From Basidiobolus meristosporus CBS 931.73 (lineage: Eukaryota; Fungi; Basidiobolomycota): a DNA stretch of 36,158 bases. Of the stretch, positions 22,395 to 34,016 are shown in pieces. Within the stretch, counting starts at the first letter, position 1, and each line of letters starts with the position of its first letter. The position numbers and the translations under genes are program-made. The stretch is taken from positions 1 through 36,158 of the forward strand of contig MCFE01000789.1 of the NCBI GenBank assembly GCA_002104905.1, in the 5' to 3' direction. A model generated the notes under the pieces. That model was not told the DNA's origin. It saw nothing but the letters and a program-made list of their open reading frames with translations, and searched no databases.

Positions 22395-23142
22395 CAAGCT
22401 GTCACTCTCTGCAATATCTACTACTGCTATTACTGGAATATTTCCCTCTGCTGAAAAGTTGGATGGATCCAACTACCAAGTGTGGAAGGTGAAGATGAAG
22501 ATGCTGCTACAAGAAAGAGGCCTTTGGGATATTGTCATGGGAGAAGAATGCCCTCCTAAAAACATGGGAGAGGAAGCCTTAAAGTATCAGAAGAAAGAAC
22601 AAAGTGCCTTTAACTGCATTTGCCTTAATGTCAAGGACAAATTGCTAATTCAATGCTCAAGAGCAAAAACTGCAAAGAATGCCTGGAAGGCATTAGAAGA
22701 CACCTACCAGTCATGTTCAGCTGCTAAGAAAATGTATCTGAGACAAAAATTCTTTACTACAAAGATACTGCCAGGAGAAGAAATGAAAAATCTAATTAAC
22801 AGAATTACCCTGCTGGTAGATGAGATGGAATCTGTGGGCGTACCAACTACTGATGAGGATGTGATAGTTACCATCCTGAGTAGCCTGACAGACAAGTTTC
22901 AAGGCCTTGTATCAGCCCTAGAGTCCATAACTGAAGATTTGACCTTAAATTACGTATATGGAAGGCTCCTGGATGAAGAATTAAGAAAATCAAGCACCAA
23001 TAAGAAGGAAGAAGAAAATGCTTTGATAAGCAATGATAACCAACAAAGGAGGTACCCAAGACCCTACAAAGGTAACAGCAACCTATTTTGCAACTACTGC
23101 AAAAGGAAAGGACACACATCAGACCGGTGTAGTGGTGTATAG
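22387..23142 (+). CDS. gag: Copia Gag (uninterrupted 251-codon frame, terminated inside the inserted solo LTR)
   Basis: LDGSNYQVWKVKMKMLLQERGLWDIV N-terminal motif, UBN2-like core, and CNYCKRKGHTSDRC zinc knuckle. Confidence 0.85.
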   Translation: MSPKLSLSAISTTAITGIFPSAEKLDGSNYQVWKVKMKMLLQERGLWDIVMGEECPPKNMGEEALKYQKKEQSAFNCICLNVKDKLLIQCSRAKTAKNAWKALEDTYQSCSAAKKMYLRQKFFTTKILPGEEMKNLINRITLLVDEMESVGVPTTDEDVIVTILSSLTDKFQGLVSALESITEDLTLNYVYGRLLDEELRKSSTNKKEEENALISNDNQQRRYPRPYKGNSNLFCNYCKRKGHTSDRCSGV

Positions 23143-24201
23143 GTCCAAGGGAGAGATATGTCCAACACTTCTCAAGTGTTTTGTGTGTGGGGTGTTCACT
23201 GGGTGCAATAACCTCTGGCAAAAGCTTGCTAGGAATACTTGGGTTCTGTTTCTAATCTAATGTGAAGGGGAATAAAGCCACAAGCTTGTCAAGGGAAAAC
23301 TATTGAGCTACAATCCCCAACTTAGTTGGTGTCTTAACAAAAGTATGTGCTGGGTTCAGTGTCCTTTGAGATGACAATGTACCAAAGCTTCCAAAGTCAA
23401 AACAACTGTAAACTCCACCAGCAGGGACTTGATAAGAATGCAGCTGTGGTCAATAGTTACAAAGACAGAAAAGTATCTTTGCCTGTACAAGAACAAACTT
23501 GGGAAAGAATCAAATATAATAAAAGATACCTACTCTGAGTATTCCTCACAAGTAGTGCCTCCAAGGTCAGTTGGCTGTCAGCACGGCTTACTGGGAGTGT
23601 CCTGTGGTCTAGGGTTGGAAGTTCAGGTAGCAGCAGGTAGCAGTGATCACGCTAATCAACAAGTCAGTATATTGATAAAAGGGATGATGATGATTTATTG
23701 TAGAGGGATAGCCTCCCTTATATACTTTTCTCACTGGCTAAGTGATTACTAATCATGGTGTTCCAGAAGGTTCCAGATATCAATAGAAATCTTAATGACA
23801 TCAGAATGACCTAAGAATGCTCTAAGTAGGTGCTGGAAGGTTCTAAGAGGCACAGCACATCCAACCAATCAGGAATCAGTATTCTGAAACCTGTGTAACA
23901 TGGGGATACCATATATGGTATGGAAATGGTAGGGATGGTGACACGGGTTGATCATGTGTCACAGGTACTGGCGCAGGTACTTGCCTAATATAGAAGCACT
24001 TGTAGCTAGTAATCTTACATAAAGTGAGGGGTAACTTATGCAATAAGGTAAGCAGGTGTAATAGTCAACTGGCTTATGGGATAGTACTGATTGGGTAAGA
24101 CAAATAGGATAAAACTAAAATGAGTGTAGTAGGGATATAGGGAAGTAGAAAACAAGGGAATGAGCACATCTGTCAGTGGGTGTCACTGTCACCCCACTAC
24201 A
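23128..24201 (-). mobile_element. Solo LTR (1074 bp) of an unrelated element inserted into copia copy 1
   Basis: TGTAGTGG...CCACTACA terminal inverted repeats; CCGG duplicated at 23124-23127 and 24202-24205; removing it restores gag-pol (SDRC-LKKK). Minus-strand TATATAAG (23724-23717) and AATAAA (23699-23694) suggest orientation. Confidence 0.85.
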
Positions 24202-24205
24202 CCGG

Positions 24206-27200
24206 TGTCTCAAAAAGAAAGATAATCAGCAAAAGAAGCCTGAATATGGAAATGCTGCAACAACAGAAGATAGACCATTCATATCTGCACTAAATATAAC
24301 CACAAACAAAGATTCTCAGATGTGATATATTGACTCTGGAGCATCTCAACACTTTACACACCAAAAAGAACTTTTTACCTAATATCAAGAAATTCCAATC
24401 AAGAAGGTTTTCATGGGTGACAATAGAACACTTGATGCAGTGGGAGAAGGAACTATCCAAGTAAACCTTAGAAGCAGTGAAGGAAGCCATGCACTGACCT
24501 TTAAAGAAGTACTCTATGTACTAGAAATAGCCAAGAACCTACTCTCTGTAAGCAAGGCTACAGCAGAAGGACTCAGTTTCAGTTTTGACAATTCTGGATG
24601 CAAGATCACTGATCAAAATGGTGCCCATATTGCTTTGGGCATCAGAGATCAGAATCTATACAAGTTGACTTATATTCCATCATATTTGGAAGCTAATATA
24701 AGTAACTTAAATGAAGAAACACCTATGCTTTGGCATAGGAGATTTGGACACATCAATTTTGATTATTTGCGTAAAATGATCAAAGATCAGCTTATTTCTG
24801 GAGTGAAAATTGATCCCCCAGCTAATTTGGAGCACTGTGAAGCCTGCATATATGGGGAACAAGCCAGACAACTGCTCAAGAGCTCTGGGCTAATCAAAAC
24901 TAAGAAAAAATTAGATCTAATTCACTCAGATCTGTGTGGACCTATGCAAAATTTATCCTTAGGTGGGATGAAGTATTTAATCCCTTTTATTGATAATTAT
25001 GCAAGATATACATGGGTCTACTTCATGGAGAGAAAGGAAGAAGCTCTGTCTAAGCTCAGGGAGTTCAAAACCATGGTGGAGAGAGAAACTGATGAAAAAA
25101 TCAAGAAAAAACGCTCTGACAATGGTGGAGAATACACCTCAAAACTCTTCATCCACTTCTGCAAAATTCATGGGATAAAGCAAGAGACTACTGTACCATA
25201 CTCCCCAACGCAAAATGGAGTAGCAGAACAAGCTAACAGATCAATAATTGATATGGCAAGATCTATGATCCATGATCAAAAATTATCATATGATTTTTGG
25301 GTGGAATCAGTTGCCACTGCTGTATACCTTAGAAATAGGAGTTATACAGAATACTTTGTGATTCTACTCCATTTGAAGCATGGCATAGATACAGACCAAG
25401 TGCAGAACATCTAAGAATATTTAGGTGTATAGTATATGCCAAAAAACTGGCCAGAAATCAGTCAAAATTTGAGCCAAAAAGTGTAAAATGCATATTTTTA
25501 GGCTACTACAATGAGAGTAAGGCATACAGACTCTACAATACCAAGGCAAAGAAGCTGATCAAGTCCAGGGATGTGTTGTTTGATGAAAATTCAAAATTTA
25601 CACAAAAAATGACATCAGATGAGGATGAAAATTTGATCTCAAGTCCACCAATTGTCAGGATTGAATCAGAGCAAAACAATGAAAATTTTTTCACTCCAGA
25701 GGACTCTAAAGCCATGGTTCAGCCAGAATCAGTGCCCAGGAATATCCTGGAAGTGATCATTCCAGTATCAAATGCCCAGAGATCCAATTGGACAAGAAAT
25801 AACCCAATTACTATATCAATGAGGGTACAAACTTAGCCTATGCCTATTCAGTCCATGTTGATGAACCCCAGACTGTAGAAGAGGCCCTAAATAGCCCTCA
25901 ATCAAAGTTTTGGAGATCTCCAATGACTGAGGAATATCAGGCCCTGATGGAAAATCAAATTTGGGACTTAGTCAAATTATCAATCAACCAAAAATCAATT
26001 GGATGCAGATGGGTCTTCAAGACAAAATACAAGGCTGATGGTACAATTGAAAGATACAAAGCAAGACTTGTAGCTAAAGGATACTCTCAAACAAAAGGAC
26101 TTGACTATACTGAGACCTTTGCACCGGTAGCCAAGTTTAATTCCATCAGATTAATATGGGCTATTGCAGCCAAATATGAGTTTATATTCATCAAATGGAT
26201 GTAAAAGCTGCATTTTTGCATGGAGAACTTGATGAGGACATGTATATGGACCAGCCTGATGGATTTGTTGACCAAGATAACCCCCATTTGGTCTGCAAGC
26301 TTAAAAAGTCACCATATGGTCTCAAACAATCACCAAGAGCCTGGAATTGCAAGATAAATTCTTATTTGGAATCCTTGGGTTTCAAAAGAAGTAATGCTGA
26401 CTATAGTATATACTATAAGCCAGATAGAGCAAATCCAGTTATATTAGCTCTATATGTGGATGATCTTATTATAGCCACCAATAACCTAGAAACATTGGAA
26501 GAGACTAAATCCTGCCTATCTAAGGAGTTCAAGATGTCTGATTTAAGAGAACTTAGTTAATACTTAGGGATTAAGTTCTCCATAGACAGAAGTACCCAGA
26601 CTATCACCCTAAGCCAATCCAAGTATATTCAAGATATACTAAAGAAGTACCAAATGGAAGACTGTAAACCGGCAGCTACCCCAATGGAGACAAACCTTAA
26701 CTTGGTCAAAATTCAACCAAATCAAGAGAGCTTGGTGCCATCTGAAAGCCTTGACTTTCCTTATCAATCAATGGTTGGCAGTCTGATGTATATCATGCTT
26801 GGAACATGTCCAGATATCTCATATTCAGTGGGAGTTGTCAGCCAACATAATCAGAACTATGGATCTGATCATATTGCAGCAGTTAACGGATTTTTAGATA
26901 CCTAAAAGGAACTGCTGATATCTGCCTAAGATACACTTATAATGATTCAGAACAGGATCTTGTGGGATACTCTGATGCTGACTGGGGACAAAATTTGGAA
27001 GACAGAAGATCCACCACAGGATACAACTTTCTTTACTGTAAAGGAGCAATTTCATGGAATTCAAGAAAGCAACCAACTGTAGCACTTTCCACCACAGAGG
27101 CAGAGTATATGGCGGCCTATGAAGCTACAAAAGAAGCAATGTGGTTAAGAAAACTTTTTACAGATTTAGGCCTATGTCAAAAAATGCCTATTACTTTATT

Positions 27201-27432
27201 TCAAGATAATCAAGGATGTGTACAATTAGGTAGAAATCCTACTTTTCATGCTAGAACCAAGCACATAGATATTAGACATCATTTCATACGTGATGCTATA
27301 GAGAATAACTTAGTTAGCTTAGTTTACTGTCCTACAGATGAAATGATTGCAGACATATTTACCAAACCATTAGCTAGAGACAAGTTTGAATATCTTAGGT
27401 CAAAATTAGGACTAGTCAGTATAAACATTTAG
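24206..27432 (+). pseudogene. pol: Copia pol pseudogene (protease, integrase, reverse transcriptase, RNase H)
   Basis: (W>stop)YIDSGASQH at 24323; LWHRRFGH...CEAC; IHSDLCGP, RSDNGGEY, QNGVAEQANR; KARLVAKGY; YVDDL; GYSDADW, EAEY, ADIFTKPL. Several frameshifts (e.g. about 25345 and about 26190). Confidence 0.93.
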
Positions 27433-27434
27433 CT

Positions 27435-27443
27435 GAGTGGGAG
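27435..27443 (+). other. Polypurine tract of copia copy 1
   Basis: GAGTGGGAG immediately before the 3' LTR; the identical tract precedes the LTR of copy 2 (34025-34017, minus strand). Confidence 0.75.
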
Positions 27444-27791
27444 TGTTGTAAAAATTCGTATTTCCACCTAAATATTGACCTAACTTAGTCACTTAGATCA
27501 TTACCTTCAAATCCTAGAGAACACTGACTAAATTCCTTGTCAGGATTTACCTAGAATATTTTCACCAAAATACCAGGTAACCAGAACATGAAAATTCTCA
27601 AAGTTGTCCAAACAGCCCCAAACTTTGCACACATGTTCTTGGGACCTTCCTTAACCTATTCTATGTGTTTGTAATGCCAAGACCATGTAAAGTATAAATA
27701 CTACTTTTACATTCAATAAATCATTAAGTGAAAACCACATGGTCTACTTGTCCTCCCAATCACTTCCAATATCTCCAAGACTCTTACAACA
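27444..27791 (+). repeat. 3' LTR of copia copy 1
   Basis: TGTTG...CAACA, 348 bp. Confidence 0.93.
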
Positions 27792-29898
27792 CATCATTGG
27801 CTCAACCTGACTCTGCACTGATTGGTGATATTTCTGAATCATAGCCTCTATCCTATGAGCACCTACTTCTAATTGCCTTATTGATACATTTTTTCCAATG
27901 GACTGCACCTAGTCATGAGGCATCATCTGTGGTTAATGAGAGTGTTCAGGCAAAATGTAGCAGCTAGCAGTGGGCAAGCTTGCTCCTGGACAGTTATGCA
28001 TTATGTGCCAATACTTTGCACATCACAAAGCTATCTCACTCAATGAGGTTGGTGCAGATAATTAAGCAAGCTGTGATGCTTGACTCACATGCGAAACTGG
28101 AGGCCACTATTGTGGCAGGTAAGATTGGGTATTTGATTTTTTTTGACGTAAAGGAAATACATGCATATTTAACTCTAGATACCCTAATATTTGTCATTCC
28201 AATTCCCATCCTTCTGAGTTGATAGAATGTCACTGGTTTATTGATTTATATGCATGCTGATGCTCTAGCCCCTGTTGACCCAGAAGCCAATCAACAAGCT
28301 ATCAAATATGCCAATACATATTCTACTGACATCAAAGGTGGTCACTTTTGGCATAGTTAGAATTCAGCTGATATTGTGGTGGTGGTTGGCTGTCCGTTTA
28401 TTGATTTTTCTCTTTGAGATAACCAATTAGCAAGGTATTATGACTCATCAAGAAATACCAAACCTTGCCTTTTAAGCATATAGACCCTACAACTTGAAGA
28501 CCAGGCAAGGTGCCATAACTAGCATGCAAGTGACCAGGCAAGTAAAAAAAGAGCAAGTAGCTGCACCAGTGCTACATATGATGTATTCATAAGCAGAGTG
28601 TTTATTTAAAGGGGTTATATTGCAAGTCTTAGACCAACTTGTTGTTACTTAAATCTAAATGTAGTGATCATAGGTTTGCAATAGTTCAACTTGGATGTCT
28701 TAGTCAACTCTGTAGTGTTGGATCAGGATAGTCATAACAACTCAACTCAACTATATTACAATATAGTTTTTTTCCTCACCTGGATTGCTACTGCAGCATC
28801 TGGTAGTGAGCTACTTTGCTCACCTAAACTATCCCTTTGCCACCTATCATCTTAGCTTCTTGTTTACTACTAATTAATGTTATCTACACACTTGCTAACA
28901 ATAGCAAGATGTGGCATTTTGGCACAAATTGGTTCACTCTGGTAGACCTGTGCATAAATGGGCAGCTTTGCAAGTTCTTGTAGTTTGCCCTGAGCCATGT
29001 GTTGTAGAATGTTGGGGTACTCCAGGGAGAAGCCACACAACCAAAAGAGCATGAGGTATCTGATGGGTGCACTAACCTCCAGGGCTAAACTGCTGACATC
29101 ACTATCACTATGCTACTATGGTAAATGCTTCTACTTCTCTAGCTTCCTAGGGGCTCCAGGTATCTCCAAAGGCCTCTGTATATCTATTGCACAGCCCTGA
29201 GCAGCACCTTGATGGCAAGTCTGAGGTGCAACAGTTGAAGATCCATTTGAGAAACATTGGGCTCCATAGACAGATCCAATCAGGATCAGCTATTGGGATT
29301 CCATCACAAGGTTGTCATAAACCAGCAGCCTGGAATTATTGACCTCTAGACAATCTTGTGGCAGGATTGTGATGGTGGTTTGCTGGTTTTACTGCAAAAC
29401 AAAGTTATTAACTTTGCATTATTTAATTGACCTTTTGGTAAGTATTACATGGCATTTTGATGGTCTTAATAGACCTGTTCCATTTTACTGTGACAGAATG
29501 TGTGGCACAATTCTTGGTTGTTAAGAACAATCAGGCACACTACTGTAGCTACCAGTAGGCAGGACTGCTCTTGGACAATTTTGCACTAGCTGGGACAATC
29601 CTGCACACTAGGGCACAATCTGACACAATGAGGTTGGCTTGGATGACTGCACCAACTGGTAATGTATAATTCACATGCACAATTGGATACTACTGTTGTG
29701 GCAGTTAAAAGCAGCTGTTTGGATATGTTTCTTTAATGTAAATGGAAATAAATGCATATCACACTATACACTATACTGATACTTACAATTCTGATTAACA
29801 TCACTCCAATTATACAGTATGTCAGTGATTGATTAGTCTAAAAGTATCTTGAAGCTGTGAGCCCACCAATTGGCTTATTTGCCAATGTGACTACTAAA
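27792..29898. mobile_element. Decayed repeat-derived DNA, family unresolved
   Basis: 3 CpGs in about 2.1 kb; no long ORF or recognisable motif. Confidence 0.4.
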
Positions 29899-32800
29899 TG
29901 TAGTACCCACTCTTTGCCCAAGAGTTCTCCCCTGGGTCCTACCCAAAGTCCCCCAGTATGCACCCTATGATTCCCCCATGTGTCCCCCTCCTATTCCTGC
30001 CCTTATCTAGTGAGAACACTTACCATAACAGGAAGGTGTTTACACCCCTATTTTATGGCATATTGCCTATTATCTAAGCCCCTCCAAGTGATATATATAT
30101 ATCCAATTGAACCAAGTGAGAGAACAACAAGATTTAGATGGAATATACACAGGCCTTTATTTCCTTGCTACCTTCTATCAGAAGCTATTCTGAATCCAAT
30201 GGTACTGACTTGACCTACAAGCTCTCCCACTCACCAAGTAGAGTCAGTAATAACCCACATATTTGGTGCCATTTCTGCAGAAATAAGTACAAGTGAGGTA
30301 ATGACTACAACAATCAAACTAAAAACATACCAGGGAAAGAGAGAGAAAGCCCTTGAGTGGTTTGATAAGTTTGAGAGAGTTGCGGTTGATGCAGGATGGG
30401 ACAACAATAAGAAAGTAAGGGAGTTTGCAAGATATATGGAAGGGTCAGCATGGCAATGGCATTATGGGTTGGATGATGCAGCTAAAGTTGACTAGGATGC
30501 ACTAGAAGAAGCCTACAAGACACGCTTTTTATATGCCAAAGGATACCACAACAAAGCCCTTCTACTGACCTCACAGAAGAAAAGCAGTGAGAGCTATAAA
30601 GCCTACACTGAGCTGTTTCTCCAACAAGTTTGAAGTCTCCCAAAGGACAAAATTGCCAAACCACAGCTCATTAGGTAATACATCATGGGCTCAGATAACA
30701 AAGTAAGATGTAGGGCATCCAATGAACAACAGGGATGTAAATGTTGCAAGAGTTGGTCAAACAAGTACCAGGGGTCTTCTTGCTATGGGGGCTACCCTAT
30801 AGTGATACAAGTGCTTGAGGGATAGGGATCCCCTGTAAGAAAGGAAAAATTGCATCCCCAAAAGACTGTGAGCCAGAAGATTTACAGCAAAAGGTCCAAG
30901 AACTCTTGATCAGAAATGTCCAAGAAGTCCCCAAAGTTGGTGATAAACTCTGGGAAGCTGTTGTAGATCCAAAGGCCCAGGTGCAAGCCCTAACTCAGCA
31001 GTTGGAACAACCACAATGACATTATCCATGTTATGTATGTGGAGAAGTTGGCCACCAGGCCCACAAATGTGAAAAATGCTACAGCCAAGAACCTGTATCA
31101 GACACAAAACAGAAGAAAGCATCAAAAGACAGAGTCCCTTGCCAGGAGGCCAAAAGGACTCAGTCAATATAAGCCCTCCAGTTAGAACAGTTAAGTGAGG
31201 AAGAAGAAGTGTCAACATGCTGCTTCTAGAGAGGAGGCAAAGGAACCTGTAGTAGAGGTTCTGACAAAAGGAAAGAATGTGGAATTAGATGAAGAAATAC
31301 AGAATGAGCCTTGGGCAGAAGTGTTGAAGCAAACAAAGAATGCTAGTATATCTTCCCACAGCCTATTCCCCATAATGAAGGTACTAGAGCAAACCAAGGC
31401 AACCCTCCCAATGACCAATTTGCTGAGACTTGCCCTAGCTCTAGTCAAGGAACTGATAGAGGGATTGAAGGAGATAACAACCGTTCATGTCAACCAGACA
31501 GTCCTACAAAAACCAAATAAGGGTACATACATAAAGGTATGTATAGAGAATAATGATATTCTCACCCTTATCATCACAGGATCCTCTACATTGATCATAT
31601 CAGAGTCATTAGCAAAATAGACTTGTTCCGTTGGATAGTGCCACATTGAGCCATGAGTGCCAAATGATGCCATAGTGTGCCAGGGAGGCTAAGTGAGCCT
31701 ATACTTGGCCACAGAGTGTGAAACATAGATCTGCATCTTCATGCAAAGCAGCCCCTGTGTTTCACCAATTGTGTTGGAGAAAATCCACTTTTTGACCTTT
31801 TTTATTAGGTCAATGTTGTGCAGGATGTGTAAGAGCACAAAAGGATTGAAAATATGCATCAGGTACTCAATACCCATGGCACTCTGAATCTAGCTCCTGT
31901 GGCTTGTAACATGTCACAACAATGCATGGCACTATCTTGGTCCACTGGTACTATCTGGCACTATATTTAATTATTAGCCCTAAAGTAAGATCTATACAAA
32001 GCACTTATAGTGCCAGATAGTACCAGTGGACCAAGATAGTGCCATGCATTGTTGTGACATGTTACAAGCCACAGGAGCTAGATTCAGAGTGCCATGGGTA
32101 TTGAGTACCTGATGCATGTCTTCAGTTCTTCTGTGCTCTTACACATCCTGCTTAACATTGATCCACAAAAAAACGTCAAAAAATGGATTTTCTCCTGCAT
32201 CATAGGTGAAACACAGGGGCTGCTTTGCATGAAGATGCAGATCCATGTTTCACACTCTGTGGCCAAGTATAGGCTCACTTGGCCCCTCTGGTACACAATG
32301 GCATCATTTGGCACTCATGGCTCAATGTGGCACTATCCAACGGAACAAGTCTAATGTCTAAAGTTAGATATAGTCCACAACAACACCATTTTGGTATGGC
32401 TAGCAAATGACCAACTGGACACAACAGTAGGAATGGTGCCTAATTGCCCCATCTGGCAGGTAAGTTGATTATACACCAAGATGTTGTAGTCCTACCCATT
32501 GCAGCCAATGACTTACTCATTGCCAAGAGTTGGTTTATCCAACATATGATGGACATACTCTACAGTGCATCTGAACTCAGGTGGGATACTGAGAGTATCC
32601 CACTGATTCATATTGCCAATGAGAGCAAGGCGTGTAACTACAGTGTGACAATCAAAGAGGTGAAACCATTACAATCTCCAATCAACACACAAAAGGTAAT
32701 AAAAATACCACCAGCTAGTGAGGGAGTGATTGCATTAGAGACACCAATAGCTTATTTGACAAGTGGAAGAATGATAACTGCAACAAAGGTATCCAAGCAA

Positions 32801-33667
32801 CTGGAAGGAATCTCAATCCCTAAAGTATAGATACTGCTGAAATTTGAAACGCAAAGTCTGAAGTGCTTAGTGGTTATCAATGGGCAACATGTGGTGACAT
32901 TGCCTAGAGGAGTGCCATTGTTAAACCTAGAGGAGGCTGACAGAAACAACCAAGGACCGCTTACAAAAAAGGATACTGAGGAGGAACTCTGCAAACTAAA
33001 GGTGGACCCCAGTCTACTGCCTTTGTTACAAGACAAGTTCCTAGAAAGAATACACCTGCTTGCCCAAATATTCTCTAAGAGCCAAGTAATTGGCCATATA
33101 CCTGGGGTATATCACCAAATCCACCTTGCCAACAAATACACCATGAAGCAAAAAGCCTATAGGAACTTGAAAATTGACACTGATTATATCAAAGAGACAG
33201 TTGAAACTTTGTTAAAGGATGACATCATTACAGAGAGCCATTCTGTGTGGGCCTTCCCTGTAGTGATAGTTCCAAAGAAAGATGGAAAGCAATGTTTTTG
33301 CATTGGCTGCTGAAAATTGAATGCTGTTACCCAGACAGATGTGTGTCCACTACTGCAAATTGATGACCTCTTGGACAGATTAGTTGGAGCTAAATATTTT
33401 AGCTCTCTTGACTTAATCTGTGGGTATTGGCAAGGTAGAAGTAGTCCCAGAAGATTGACCCAAAACTGCCTTTATAAGATTGTTTGGATTACACAAATAG
33501 AACCAACTATCCTTTGGCTTGTGTAATGCTCCTGCTACATTCCAAAGGATGATCAGCAAGGTGCTAGGAAATTTATGCTGGGAATGCACTCATTTTTATC
33601 TGGACAACATCACAATATATTCCCATAGTGTAGAATAACATATACACAACATGCAATGCATCCAAAC
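29899..33667 (+). mobile_element. Decayed Ty3/gypsy LTR retrotransposon, 5' part (interrupted twice; remainder beyond copia copy 2)
   Basis: Gag from 30301 (LEWFDKFE...GWDNNKK...MEGSAWQW); CYVCGEVGHQAHKC knuckle at 31029-31070; decayed protease (LIITGSST); RT (WAFPVVIVPKKDGK...IDDLLDRLVGAKYFSSLDL...GYWQ...LDNITIYS). PBS-like TGGTGCCATT at 30264. The 5' LTR limits (29899-30259) are tentative. Confidence 0.88.
31620..32351. mobile_element. Foldback/MITE-like non-autonomous DNA element with 346-bp terminal inverted repeats and TA target duplication
   Basis: 31620-31965 is the reverse complement of 32006-32351 with a 40-bp spacer; TA at 31618-31619 and 32352-32353; excision restores the gypsy protease frame. 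Confidence 0.88.
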
Positions 33668-34016
33668 TGTTGTAAGAGTCTTGGAGATATTGGAAGTGAT
33701 TGGGAGGACAAGTAGATTATGTGGTTTTCACTTAATGACTTATTGAGTGTAAAAGTAGTATTTATACTTTACATAGTCTTGGCATTACAAACACATAGAA
33801 TAGGTTAAGGAAGGTCCCAAGAACATGTGTGCAAGGTTTGGGGCTGTTTGGACAACTTTAAGAATTTTCATGTGCTGGGTACCTGGTATTTTGCTGAAAA
33901 TATTCCAAGTAAATCTCAACAAGGAATTTTGGTCAGTATTCTCTTGGATTTGAAGGTGATGATCTAAGTGACTAAGTTAGGTGAATATTTTGATGGAAAT
34001 ACAAATTTTTACAACA
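33668..34016 (-). repeat. 3' LTR of copia copy 2 (349 bp)
   Basis: Reverse complement TGTTG...CAACA, homologous to both LTRs of copy 1. Confidence 0.92.

Larger units (their letters stand above)
22035..27791 (+). mobile_element. Full-length but inactivated Ty1/copia LTR retrotransposon (copy 1)
   Basis: Two 348-bp LTRs, PBS, PPT, and gag-PR-IN-RT-RH domain order; stops and frameshifts in pol; no matching TSD (tgctc vs catca). Confidence 0.95.

Noticed and set aside
31689-32354. Twin ORFs MGIEYLMH... on opposite strands
   Set aside because: They are a by-product of the inverted repeat; no protein motif and no coding bias.
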